A stretch of DNA of 64,000 nucleotides from Myxococcota bacterium (GTDB lineage: Bacteria > Myxococcota_A > UBA796 > UBA2385), in the NCBI GenBank assembly GCA_044344255.1, contig JBIJDH010000025.1:1-64000 (forward strand), given 5' to 3'. This document shows, in pieces, positions 9,792-19,389 of this stretch (the stretch's first letter is position 1; every line of letters begins with the position of its first letter). The notes below the pieces were generated by a model. The model worked only from the letters and a program-made list of their open reading frames with translations. It was not told the DNA's origin and did not search any database. Made by a program: the position numbers and the translations under genes.

Positions 9792-11276
9792 TTGCCTCTC
9801 CAGAACTCCACTCAGACCTACGTCCTCGCCATCGGCCTGAACGAGTACCCGCGGCTCGGCCCCGCCGCGACGCTGAAGGGGGCCCTCCACGACGCCACCG
9901 CCTGGGCCCGCTTCGCCCGGGAGGGGCTCCTGGTGGGGGCCGACCAGCTCCAGGTGCTCAGCTCGCCGCGCCTCTCCCCCGACACGCTGGGCCTGCCCGG
10001 CGAGCAGGTGCACGGCGCCACGCTCGCCGAGGTGGAGGCCGCCCTCGACGCCATGGTGTCCTGGCTCACGGCGCACGAAGACGGCTCCAGCACCGCCCTC
10101 ATCGTCTTCTCGGGCCACGGCGCGCATCTCGCGGCGGCCGAGGGCGCCGGGCCCGACACCGACTTCGCTGGCGATCGGCTCGCGCTCGTCCTCGAAGACG
10201 GCGAGGTGGAGGGCGGCCTGCTGCGGGGCGCCCTCGTGCTCAATCAGCTCGGGGCGCGGCTCGGCGCCGAGGGGCTGCAGCGCCGCGTCACCGTGGTGGT
10301 CGACGCCTGCTACGACACGGTGCGCGCCGAGGCCTTTGACCGCTCGACCCTCGGCCAGGAGCTCCCCCAGCAGGCGGAGGTCCGCATGCGCCTCCTCCTC
10401 GGCGCCGCCCTCGGCAGCCGGGCCTATGAGGGGGTGTTCGGCGGCGAGTGGCGCGGGGTCTACTCCTTCGCGCTGCTCACCCTGCTCGGCCAGTGGGAGC
10501 GGCGCCGGGTGAGCGACGTGATGGTGGTGCTCGGGAGCTACAGCGAGCTCACCTACCGGGCGCGCGCGCTCCTCGGCGCGCTCGGCTACTCCGACCAGGC
10601 GCCGAGCCTCGCGGGCAACTCCCGGGCCGCAAACCTGCCCTTCAACAACCCATCGGTCTTCAACGTGCCCGTGCCCGCGACCTGGACCCCGGACGGCTTC
10701 CGGCGGCCGAAGGAGCTGAGCGGCGACTCCGGCACCCTCGGGGTCTACTCCTTCACCCTCAAGAGCGGCCAGAGCAGCCTCGTGGTCGCCCAGTGCCTCT
10801 GGCTCTCGAGCGCGGTGTCGTACTCCACCCTGTCGGTGGACTGCACCAGCGCGGCCTACACCCTGAGCAAGGGGAGAGAGATCTGGTGGTTCGGCAGCGT
10901 CGCGCGCCCGAGCTGGTATGACAGCGCCACCTTGACGATCACCTGGACCCCGCTCACCGCGGTCTCGGGCGCGGGGGGTGCGATGTCGGTGAGCTTCAGC
11001 CCAGACACGAGCGTGGCCTGGAAGGCGACCAACATCACCGATCTGGCGAGCTGGGTCACCGGGGTGCCCGGCGGGCAGCATTGGTACAAGGCGGGGGAGC
11101 TCTGGCTGGGGCTGGCCTGGACAGGCAACGCGCTCGACAACGTGCGCTTCCTCGAGGTGGCCACCCTCAGTCAGCCGCCCAGCCTGAAGATCACGGGCGG
11201 CAGGGTCCTCAGCTACGACGCCGGCGCGCCCCCCGCGACCAAGACCCTCTCGTCGGTCCACGTCAAGGCGGTCTGA
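9792..11276 (+). CDS. Caspase-family (C14, metacaspase) protease with unknown C-terminal domain
   Basis: VLAIGLNEY, LKGALHDA, FSGHG (His codon 10116) and VDACY (Cys codon 10308). Confidence 0.85.
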   Translation: MPLQNSTQTYVLAIGLNEYPRLGPAATLKGALHDATAWARFAREGLLVGADQLQVLSSPRLSPDTLGLPGEQVHGATLAEVEAALDAMVSWLTAHEDGSSTALIVFSGHGAHLAAAEGAGPDTDFAGDRLALVLEDGEVEGGLLRGALVLNQLGARLGAEGLQRRVTVVVDACYDTVRAEAFDRSTLGQELPQQAEVRMRLLLGAALGSRAYEGVFGGEWRGVYSFALLTLLGQWERRRVSDVMVVLGSYSELTYRARALLGALGYSDQAPSLAGNSRAANLPFNNPSVFNVPVPATWTPDGFRRPKELSGDSGTLGVYSFTLKSGQSSLVVAQCLWLSSAVSYSTLSVDCTSAAYTLSKGREIWWFGSVARPSWYDSATLTITWTPLTAVSGAGGAMSVSFSPDTSVAWKATNITDLASWVTGVPGGQHWYKAGELWLGLAWTGNALDNVRFLEVATLSQPPSLKITGGRVLSYDAGAPPATKTLSSVHVKAV

Positions 11277-13569
11277 CCCCGCCCGGGATGTCCCGCACGA
11301 GCCGCAGCCCGACGGCGTCGGTGGCCTGGTCGGGCGGGCTGCCGAAGCGAGTGGCGGCGCGCTGGGTGACCACGGGGGAGCCGTAGAAGCCCCCGCGGAC
11401 GGCGCGGTGGGTGCCGGACGCGGGCCAGTCCGCCGCCCGGCGGCCCTGGATGGGGCCGAGGCGAGACCACCAGTTGGCGCACCAGGCGCGGGCGTTGCCG
11501 ACGAGGTCACCCGCGCCGTAGGGGCCCTCGTCCTCGGGGAAGGCGCCCACGGGCAGCAGGCCGGGCGGCGAGGGGGGCGAGCCGAGCACGCGCGACCACC
11601 GGGGCTCGAGCTGCCGGCCCCAGGGGGTGAGGCGCCCGTCCACGCCGCGGGCCGCCTTCTCGAGCTCGAGCTCCCCCGGCAGGCGGGCGCCGAACCAGGC
11701 CGCCGCGCGCGCCGCGGCCGGCTGGGTGAGCCCCGCGGCCGGGAGGTCGGGGTGGCCGATGAGGCGCAGCGTGTCGCCCTCCCGCGAGACGGCGGGGAGC
11801 GAGCGGTTCACGAGCGGCGCGGCGGCGGCGAGGCCGGCCTCGTCACCCAGGGCCAGCAGCGCCTGCAGGTGGGCGAGGTAGCGCCCGAGGGTGACGGGGA
11901 GGCGCTCGAGGACGAAACCATCGACCCAGACCTCTTGCCGCGACAGGCTGTCCGCCGCGGAGGGGTCGCCGCCGACGACACACCAGCCGGCGGGCACATA
12001 GACCTCGTGGGGGCGGACGTCGCCTGGCTCTGGGATCCAGACGGGGTGCGGATCTCCGCCCTCGGGGGGCACGCCGTCCCAGTGGGCGCCGCGGTCGATG
12101 CGCACGGGGTAGCGCACGAGCGCCCCGGGGCCCTCGAGCGTCACCAGATAGGAGCCCTTCGGCATTGGGGCCGCGCGGAGGGGCGTCGGGCCGAGCTCGC
12201 GCTCGAAGCGGGGGACGAGGCGGCGGCCCTCCTCGACGTACCGAAAGAGCCGAGCCCGGGCCGGCCGGGTGGTGTAGAGCGTGAGGGCGCCGTCTCCGCG
12301 CAGGTAGGCGGCGTGTCGACCGCGGTCGTGGGTGGCCAGCATGAGCTCGCTCCGCGCGATGGCGTGGGGGTCGCCCTCGGCCTCGGCGCGGGCGAGGGCG
12401 CCCTGGTACACGTCGGCGAGCAGCGCGTGGGCCTCGGGCAGGGCGGGGGCGCGCTCCAGCGCGGCGCGGAGCTCCTGGAGCAGCGTGGCCTCGCGCAGGG
12501 TCACCTCGGAGGCGGCGGCCTCGGCCCGGTCCTGGAGGGCCCAGCCGGGCGCGAGCGCCGAGACGGGGTCGCCGGGCGCCACGGCTTGCAGCGCCGTCTC
12601 GGCCTCGGCGGAGAGGGTGGTGACGGAGTGACGCAGCGCCGCGATGTCGGGGAGCCGGGCTCGGGCGCGCTCGACGATGAGGAGGGCCTCGGCGCGGCGC
12701 TCCGCCCCCTCGAGCCAGCCGGCGAGGGCCCGGGCGAGGGCGCCGCCGTCGGGGTAACGGTCCGCGGGCCGGAGGCAGAGGGCGCGGGCGCAGATGGCGC
12801 GGAGGTCGTCGGGGACGCAGGGGTCGTCCAAGGCCGGCTCCTCGGGGCCCTGCACGAGGGCGGCCCACACCGCGCGGGGGCTCCCGGCGTAGGGCGGTCG
12901 GCCGCAGAGGGCGTGGAAGAGCACCGCGCCGAGGGCCCAGACGTCGGTGGTGGGCCCGAGCCCGGGCTCGCCGCGGGCCTGCTCGGGGGGCATGTAGGCC
13001 GGCGTCCCGACGACGCCGTCGGCCCCGGCCCCCTCGGGCCCGAAGGTGCGCGCGACCCCCCAGTCCATCACCCGCACCTCGCCGAAGGCCCCCACCATCA
13101 GGTTGGCGGGCTTGAGGTCACGGTGCAGGACGCCGCGGCTGTGCGCATAGGCGACCGTGTCGGCCACCCGCTGGAGCAGGGAGACGAAGCGCCGCTGCGC
13201 CTCGGCGCTGGGGGTGCTGGTGTCGAAGAGGTTCGCCAGCGTCTCTCCCTCGACGAGGGTGATGGTGAACCAGGGGCGGCCATCTTCGAAGACGCCGTGG
13301 TCGTAGACGGCGGGGATGCCTGGGTGTTGGAGGCGCGCGGTGATGGCGACCTCGGAGCGGAAGCGCGCGCGGGCGGCGGGGTCGTCGAGCAGCTCCCAGC
13401 CGAGGATCTTCATCGCCACGGGGATGTCGAGCTTCTCATCCCAGACCCGGCGCACCTCGCCCATCCCCCCGCGCGCGAGGAGACCCTGGTCGCGGTAACG
13501 GGCGCCCTCGCCGAAGGTGGCGCGGTCAAACGGCGTTGCGGTGGGGGAGCCCCAGGTGGAGTCGCTCAT
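11263..13569 (-). CDS. Ser/Thr protein kinase fused to an FGE/SUMF1-like domain
   Basis: ARGGMGEV, VAMK, HRDLKPAN, DWG and GTPAYMPPEQ kinase motifs. C-terminal RLPGELELEKAARG, DLVGNARAW, RGG and GLRLVR. Confidence 0.9.
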   Translation of the reverse strand: MSDSTWGSPTATPFDRATFGEGARYRDQGLLARGGMGEVRRVWDEKLDIPVAMKILGWELLDDPAARARFRSEVAITARLQHPGIPAVYDHGVFEDGRPWFTITLVEGETLANLFDTSTPSAEAQRRFVSLLQRVADTVAYAHSRGVLHRDLKPANLMVGAFGEVRVMDWGVARTFGPEGAGADGVVGTPAYMPPEQARGEPGLGPTTDVWALGAVLFHALCGRPPYAGSPRAVWAALVQGPEEPALDDPCVPDDLRAICARALCLRPADRYPDGGALARALAGWLEGAERRAEALLIVERARARLPDIAALRHSVTTLSAEAETALQAVAPGDPVSALAPGWALQDRAEAAASEVTLREATLLQELRAALERAPALPEAHALLADVYQGALARAEAEGDPHAIARSELMLATHDRGRHAAYLRGDGALTLYTTRPARARLFRYVEEGRRLVPRFERELGPTPLRAAPMPKGSYLVTLEGPGALVRYPVRIDRGAHWDGVPPEGGDPHPVWIPEPGDVRPHEVYVPAGWCVVGGDPSAADSLSRQEVWVDGFVLERLPVTLGRYLAHLQALLALGDEAGLAAAAPLVNRSLPAVSREGDTLRLIGHPDLPAAGLTQPAAARAAAWFGARLPGELELEKAARGVDGRLTPWGRQLEPRWSRVLGSPPSPPGLLPVGAFPEDEGPYGAGDLVGNARAWCANWWSRLGPIQGRRAADWPASGTHRAVRGGFYGSPVVTQRAATRFGSPPDQATDAVGLRLVRDIPGGVRPP

Positions 13570-13576
13570 CGCGGGG

Positions 13577-13582
13577 AGCGTA
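13577..13582 (-). promoter_or_regulatory. Candidate -10 element (TACGCT), leaderless transcript
   Basis: TANNNT 7 nt before the kinase ATG; no SD sequence. Confidence 0.5.
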
Positions 13583-13613
13583 CACCGCGCGGGCTCCGAG
13601 ATAGAGCGTGCCG

Positions 13614-15269
13614 ATGCGGCCCCACCTCGCCATCGGCGTCTCCGACTTTCCTTCCCTCCGGCGGAAGGGCCAACCCTACGTCGATAAGACGAGCGCCGTC
13701 GCCGATCTCATCGAAGCGAGGCGCCCCGCGACGGTCTTCTGTCGGCCACGCCGCTTTGGCAAGTCGCTCCTGCTCTCCACCCTTCGAGCCTTCCTGGAGC
13801 GGGGGCCCGCCGACCTCAGCTCTACCTTTGAGGGCCTCGCCATCTGGGACCGCCCGGCCGCCCGCGCGCACTTTCAGCGCCACCCCGTCATCCACATCAG
13901 CCTGAAGGACGTGAAGGGGGCGACGTGGGCCCAGGCTTCGCAGCAGGTCGCCCTGGCCGTGAAGGCGGAGTGTGAGCGTTTGGCCTGGCTTCACGATGGT
14001 CTGGAGGCGCTGGGGAGGAGCGGATTTCAGAACCTCGTCTCGGCCGCGCCTGACATGGAGGGGGTCCAGAGGGCCCTGATCGATCTGTCCGTCTGGCTGC
14101 ACCGTCTGACTGGGGAAGAGGTCGTGATCCTCGTGGACGAGGTTGACGCGCCCATCCACCTGGGTCAGTCGAGGGGATACTACCGTGAGGTCCTTGACTT
14201 CTTGCGGTCTTTTCTGGGCGGTGGCCTGAAGGACAACCCGGTGGTGATGCTCGGGGTGGTCACCGGAGTGCTGCGCGTCTCTCGAGAAGGCCTGTTCTCC
14301 TCCTTCAACAACGCGGCGATCTATTCGATCCTGGATGAGGCCTATGCCAGCGCCTTTGGATTCCTGGAGTACGAGGTCGAGCAGCTTCGCCTGCAGGTTG
14401 ACAGCCCTCTCTCTCTCGCAGAGCTTCGGCATTGGTATAATGGCTATCGAATTGGCGGACTGGAGGTCTACAACCCCTGGTCCGTCCTCTGCGCCCTCGA
14501 TCGACAGAAGCTCGACGCATGGTGGGTAGACAGCGGCTCCCACGAGGCCCTCGGCCGGCTGCTCCTCAAAGGGGGCGAGCCGGTGCAGCGCGATCTTCGG
14601 CGATGGATGTTGGGGGATGAGGTCCCGGGCTTCATCGAGGACACCGTGCTGCTCGCTCATGAGAGACCCTCCGACATCGTCGCCTTGCTCGTACACGGCG
14701 GCTACCTCACCCCCGTCTCCGTGGAGCCCCGCGCGTCCGGGGGCTGGCAGGCGCTGCTCCGGGTACCCAACCAGGATGTGGCCGAGTCTCTCCTCGCCGC
14801 CAGTCGACGTTGGCTGATGGAGATGGAGCTCGACAGCCCGACCCTTCGAGACATCGGCGCGGGGCTCCTCGGTGGGGACGCACGTTTCGGAGATGCGCTC
14901 GGTCGACTGCTCCGCGGCGCGGCCTCCTTTCACGACTTCCCTTTCGCCGACGCCGAGCGCGGCTATCACACCTTCCTGCTGGGCCTCCTCGTGTCGCTCG
15001 AGCCCCGACACCAGCTCCGCTCCAACGCCGAGAGCGGCTATGGCCGGGCCGATCTCCTCGTGCTCCCCCGACAGGCGGGGCAGGTCGGGGCGGTCATCGA
15101 GCTCAAGCGGGTGGCCAGCGCCGACGAAGCCGAAGCCGCCCTCGACACTGCGGCCGCGCAGCTTGGGCTCCGCGCCTACGACCAGGCGCTCATCGACCGG
15201 GGAGCAACGCCGATCCGGCGATGGGCCGTGGTCTTCTGCGGGAAGCTGGTGTGGACGCGGTTGATGTAG
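13614..15269 (+). CDS. AAA-ATPase-like protein with C-terminal PD-(D/E)XK nuclease domain (DUF1703/PDDEXK_9 type)
   Basis: IGVSDF..YVDKT, RPRRFGKS Walker A, ILVDEVD Walker B, WYNGY..YNPWS, ERGYH, ESGYGRADL..VIELK. Confidence 0.9.
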   Translation: MRPHLAIGVSDFPSLRRKGQPYVDKTSAVADLIEARRPATVFCRPRRFGKSLLLSTLRAFLERGPADLSSTFEGLAIWDRPAARAHFQRHPVIHISLKDVKGATWAQASQQVALAVKAECERLAWLHDGLEALGRSGFQNLVSAAPDMEGVQRALIDLSVWLHRLTGEEVVILVDEVDAPIHLGQSRGYYREVLDFLRSFLGGGLKDNPVVMLGVVTGVLRVSREGLFSSFNNAAIYSILDEAYASAFGFLEYEVEQLRLQVDSPLSLAELRHWYNGYRIGGLEVYNPWSVLCALDRQKLDAWWVDSGSHEALGRLLLKGGEPVQRDLRRWMLGDEVPGFIEDTVLLAHERPSDIVALLVHGGYLTPVSVEPRASGGWQALLRVPNQDVAESLLAASRRWLMEMELDSPTLRDIGAGLLGGDARFGDALGRLLRGAASFHDFPFADAERGYHTFLLGLLVSLEPRHQLRSNAESGYGRADLLVLPRQAGQVGAVIELKRVASADEAEAALDTAAAQLGLRAYDQALIDRGATPIRRWAVVFCGKLVWTRLM

Positions 15270-15313
15270 GGGGCCGTTGTTGTAGGGGACAATTGACGGA
15301 TGGGTGGCCTACC

Positions 15314-15664
15314 TCAGCCGAGGCTGGCCGCCCCTTGGCGCGCCCCCACGGACGGGTCGACGTCGATCGCTTCCTCCCCAAGGAGGCGAATGGCGGATTG
15401 GCGGAGAGACTGCAGGTGCGTTGGGAGGAGGATGAGCGCCCAGGCCCGGTCGGGGTGCCTCGGCTCGAGGGTCTCCTCGGCGAGGCGGACTGCGCTCCGC
15501 GCGTGGTTCAAGGCTGGTTCGAGGTCTCCCAGCTCCCGCTCGACATTGGCCATCATCGTCCGTTGGCGCACCACCTGCCAGCTCGTGCCGCTCACAGAGC
15601 GGGCCCACGAGAGCTCTGATCTGCGGGCGAGTTCGAGCGCTGCTTGTGGCCGCCCCACCACCAT
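15314..15664 (-). pseudogene. TPR-like gene fragment or small TPR protein
   Basis: ANVERELGDLEPALNHARSAVRLAEETLEPRHPD resembles a kinesin-light-chain type TPR unit. Short, with an unstructured tail. Confidence 0.45.
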
Positions 15665-15689
15665 CCAGAAGTCAGCCTACCCCGTCGCC

Positions 15690-16613
15690 TCAGTCCGCGG
15701 CGGCGACCACGATGCGCTCCACGCCGATGCGGAGCTGTCCGCTCAGGCGACGACGCTCAAAGAGGCGAGCGGCGCCCTCCACCCCGGCCTGTCCGAGCTG
15801 CTCGCGGGCGCGGAAGAGGTAGAGGTTGAGCGTGGCCGGCTCGAGCCGCATCGCGCGCTGGAGGTCGTCGGTGTAACGCCAGCCGGCCTCGGCGCGGGAG
15901 GCCCCCTCGGCCTGGTCGGCGAGGCGGGCGCGGGCGAGCTCGAGCATCACGAACTGGTGGGCGCGCGGAGAGAGGGGCGCGCCCCCGCCCGGCCAGGCGA
16001 GCTCGACCTCGACCTGCTCCTCGTCGGCGCTCGGGCGAAAGGTGAGGGAGAGGGTCTCGATCTGCGGCTTCGTGGAGATGTCCCACGTCTCGGGGAGGCC
16101 CTCGGTGCGCGGGCCCACGGGGAGGAGGAGCGACCAGCGCTCCTCACCGAGCGTGAGGGACTGGCCGTCCTCGGCAGGGGAGGGGGCGCCGTCGATCTCG
16201 ACGGTCCAGGCGCCGCCGGCCTCTTCGAAGAGGAGGGCCCGGGGATCGTCGGGGCTGGGGAGGGCGAGCAGGCCGTCGCTCGCCCGCACGAGGGCGCCGT
16301 CTCCCGCTCGGCGGGCGGCGGGGCCGGGGGGCCCGAGGTCGAGCACGACCCCGAGGCGCAGGGCGCCGAGGCGGAGCGTCTGGCCGACCGCGAGGGGCCG
16401 CGACCGCCCGGGCTCGAGCGGCGCGTCGTCTTGAAAGGTGCCGTTGCGGCTCCCGAGGTCTCGGAGCTGCCAGGCGCCGTCCGCCCAGCGGATCGAGGCG
16501 TGCTCGCCGCTCACCTGGCGGTCGTCGACGAACACGGTGCAGAGCGCCGAGCGCCCAAAGAGGGTGCGGGCGCCCAGCGAGATGCACCCATCGGCGAGGA
16601 GGAGCACGGCCAT
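15690..16613 (-). CDS. FHA-domain protein with probable C-terminal winged-helix
   Basis: FGRS, VSGEHA and RDLGSRNGT FHA motifs. C-terminal helix pattern DDLQRAMRLEPATLNLYLFRAREQL. Confidence 0.85.
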   Translation of the reverse strand: MAVLLLADGCISLGARTLFGRSALCTVFVDDRQVSGEHASIRWADGAWQLRDLGSRNGTFQDDAPLEPGRSRPLAVGQTLRLGALRLGVVLDLGPPGPAARRAGDGALVRASDGLLALPSPDDPRALLFEEAGGAWTVEIDGAPSPAEDGQSLTLGEERWSLLLPVGPRTEGLPETWDISTKPQIETLSLTFRPSADEEQVEVELAWPGGGAPLSPRAHQFVMLELARARLADQAEGASRAEAGWRYTDDLQRAMRLEPATLNLYLFRAREQLGQAGVEGAARLFERRRLSGQLRIGVERIVVAAAD

Positions 16614-16619
16614 GGGCGG

Positions 16620-16625
16620 AGGCTA
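16620..16625 (-). promoter_or_regulatory. Candidate -10 element (TAGCCT), leaderless transcript
   Basis: TANNNT 6 nt before the FHA ATG. Confidence 0.5.
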
Positions 16626-16940
16626 CCACGCGCGGCGCGGCGGCTACGGGATGGACAGGTCCCGTGCGTCGTGAACAAACCGCCCAATCGCGTGAGACGA
16701 TCGCCCACTCCCGGTCCCTATCCAAATCACCACTATAGCCGCCTCTGGGCTCCGCGATGGGCTCTTCGACGGTCTCATCGCCTTCGTAGGCACAGAGATC
16801 GGTGGTCTCCCGCAGGGTCGAGGCCACGGACGACGCCCTCTGCCGACGGGGGGTGGGCGCGTGCTACGATCGCGGGGCTGATCAAGCTCCCGGATGAGGG
16901 ATGGATGGAGTGCCCGATGCACTGTGAGCTCCCGTCGAAG

Positions 16941-17546
16941 ATGCGGTCGTCGCAGACCCGGATCGCGGTCGCCTGCCTGTCGGCCAGCCTCGCGCTCGCC
17001 TGCCACCTCGGCGACGCCGACACGGGCGACAAGGGCGGAGTGGGCGACGGGGCGGACGGCGACGGGGACGGCGGGGGAGGGGACGGAGGCACCAACATCA
17101 GCCTCCTGACGTCCACGGGCGTGACCGGTCGGCTGGTCGACCCCGACATCGCCGACGGCCCCGGGATCCTCCGCGAGGAGGGTGGCCTCGAGCAGGGGAT
17201 CCTCTCGTTTCAGGATGATGAGACGGGCGCGTTCTTCGATCTCTCCCTGCTCGGGGGGAGCGACGGGATCGGCCAGGGCTCGGTCTGCCGGGACTTCGGC
17301 CACCAGGCCGAGAGCGTAGGCTGCCAGTGGTTCGCTGGGGGGAGCTCCTCGGTGCCGCTGTCGGACGGCCGCAGCTATGACTCCCTTGAGTGGACGGAGA
17401 CCGACGGGGAGCTCCGCGTCTCGGCCTTCGCCGAGGAGGGCTCGGCGGCGGTGCTCTCGCTCGACTTCTGGCTCGAGCTCGTGGGGGCCGGCGGGGAGAC
17501 CCTTCGGATCGAGGGCGCGGTGGAGGGTGGCCGGCTCAGCCCCTGA
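16941..17546 (+). CDS. Hypothetical lipoprotein
   Basis: Signal peptide ending LALAC, Gly/Asp linker, GC3-rich frame. Start uncertain. Confidence 0.65.
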   Translation: MRSSQTRIAVACLSASLALACHLGDADTGDKGGVGDGADGDGDGGGGDGGTNISLLTSTGVTGRLVDPDIADGPGILREEGGLEQGILSFQDDETGAFFDLSLLGGSDGIGQGSVCRDFGHQAESVGCQWFAGGSSSVPLSDGRSYDSLEWTETDGELRVSAFAEEGSAAVLSLDFWLELVGAGGETLRIEGAVEGGRLSP

Positions 17547-17801
17547 CCCATCCTGGGGTGCCCGACGGACGGGCGGTGGCCGAGGACCGGAGGCACCTCG
17601 CTTCGCGCGCGCGTGACGACGGTCACGGTCCGAACGTTCCTCCGGGCTTCCCGCTGGAGGGCCCGGAGCGCGGCGCGGGCATGCCCACGATCTTCGGCGC
17701 TTCCCGCGCGGCGCGGCGTTTGCGGCGGACGGTCCTTCTTCGGGTGCGCGTCGCCGGACCCCGAGATACCGAGACGCCCCGTCACCGCATCGGAGTGAGC
17801 C

Positions 17802-18167
17802 ATGTCTCCCGCCTGGCAGGCCGCGTTCGGCTTCTCCTCGGCCGCCGTGGTGGTCGTCCTCGGCACCGTCCTGGCCGCGCGGCTGTTGGCCGTCCGTTCA
17901 AAGAAGGTCCGCGCGACGCGGGATCTCACCTACGAGTGCGGCGAGGAGCCGGATGGTGCGGCCTGGGTGCGCTTTCATCCGCGCTACTACGTGGTGGCGC
18001 TCCTCTTCGTCCTCTTCGACGTCGAGACTGCCTTCATCTTGCCCTGGGCCTTGAACCTCGAAGGCGGGGATGGTCCGGCCCTCCTGCTCAAGATGGGCGT
18101 GTTCGTGGGGGTGCTGCTGCTCGGCTGGGGCTACGCGGTGCGGAAGGGCGCGCTCACCTGGCAGTGA
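17802..18167 (+). CDS. nuoA: Complex I subunit A
   Basis: YECGEEP, RYYVVALLFVLFDVE, RKGALTW. Confidence 0.93.
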   Translation: MSPAWQAAFGFSSAAVVVVLGTVLAARLLAVRSKKVRATRDLTYECGEEPDGAAWVRFHPRYYVVALLFVLFDVETAFILPWALNLEGGDGPALLLKMGVFVGVLLLGWGYAVRKGALTWQ

Positions 18168-18253
18168 GCGACGGCGGATGAACGGCGGCGCGGGTGCGCG
18201 GGTGCGCGGGCTGGCGGCGCGAGAACGGGGGCTCCTCACATGGTCGTGATCAC

Positions 18254-18928
18254 ATGGCGGTGAACGAAGAAAACCAGAGCTTTGACCATCCGCTCTACAG
18301 TGTCCTGCAGCAGGTGCCGGGTCTCTCCATGGGGCTCACGACGGCGGATCAGCTCCTCACCTGGGGCGCGTCCAATTCGCTGTGGATCTTCCCGATGGCC
18401 ACCTCCTGCTGCGGGATCGAATTCATGGCCGCCTCGTGCGGCCGCTTCGATCTCGACCAGATGGGCACCATCTCGCGCGGCAGCCCGCGACACTGCGACG
18501 TGATGGTCATCGCTGGCACGATCACCGTGAAGATGGCCCCGCGCGTGAAGAAGCTGTGGGACCAGATGCCCGAGCCCAAGTGGGCGATCGCCATGGGCTC
18601 CTGCGCGATCTCCGGTGACTTCTACCGCGACATCTACAGCGTGATCCCGGGCGTCGACACCTTCATGCCGGTCGACGTCTACGTCCCCGGCTGCCCGCCC
18701 TCGCCCGAGCAGCTCTTCGTCGGCCTCAAGCGGCTCCAGGACAAGATCCGCGCCAAGCGAGACGGCACCTTCGTGGAGCCCGAGCTGCGGCCCGACACGC
18801 CCGGGCTGCGCAGCCCCGGCATCGCGCGGGTGGGCGATCCGGCGCGAGACCCTTCGATCGACGCCGCCCAGGAGGACGCCGTGCTCAACCTCGATCCGGG
18901 CGGTGGCATGCGCAGGAGGCCCTCGTGA
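18254..18928 (+). CDS. nuoB: Complex I subunit B
   Basis: SCCGIEFM, SPRHCD, QMPEPKW..MGSCA, DVYVPGCPP. Confidence 0.93.
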   Translation: MAVNEENQSFDHPLYSVLQQVPGLSMGLTTADQLLTWGASNSLWIFPMATSCCGIEFMAASCGRFDLDQMGTISRGSPRHCDVMVIAGTITVKMAPRVKKLWDQMPEPKWAIAMGSCAISGDFYRDIYSVIPGVDTFMPVDVYVPGCPPSPEQLFVGLKRLQDKIRAKRDGTFVEPELRPDTPGLRSPGIARVGDPARDPSIDAAQEDAVLNLDPGGGMRRRPS

Positions 18929-19389
18929 ACGACGACATCGCCGCGCTCCTCCGCGCGTTCAGCCTCACCGGGGAGCTCTCGGCGGTCGGTCCCGACGTCG
19001 ATCGGGCCCGTGTGGTCGAGCTCGCCCGGGCCCTGAAGGGCCTCGGCTTCCGGTACTTCGTCTACTGCGCCGCGGCCCATTACCCCGCCGCCGGTGAAGA
19101 GCCCGACCGCGTGCTGGTCGAGTACAGGGTCCGGCGAATGACCGGGACCGGGCCGGGCTCGCTCGAGGACGCCGCCTTTCGTGTCTGGGTGCCCACGGGG
19201 GAGACCACCCCCTCTCTCACCGCCGTCTGGATCGGGTCTGACTGGCAGGAGCGGGAGCAGTTCGATCTCGTCGGCGTCGTCTTCGCCGACCACCCCGACC
19301 TCCGCCGCATCATGCTCCCCGAGGACTGGGAGGGGCACCCGCTGCGGCGGGACTACTCGATCTCCACGAGGCATCACCCATGGCGTTGA
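18925..19389 (+). CDS. nuoC: Complex I subunit C
   Basis: WQEREQFDLVGVVFADHPDLRRIMLPEDWEGHPLRRDY. Confidence 0.92.
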   Translation: MNDDIAALLRAFSLTGELSAVGPDVDRARVVELARALKGLGFRYFVYCAAAHYPAAGEEPDRVLVEYRVRRMTGTGPGSLEDAAFRVWVPTGETTPSLTAVWIGSDWQEREQFDLVGVVFADHPDLRRIMLPEDWEGHPLRRDYSISTRHHPWR

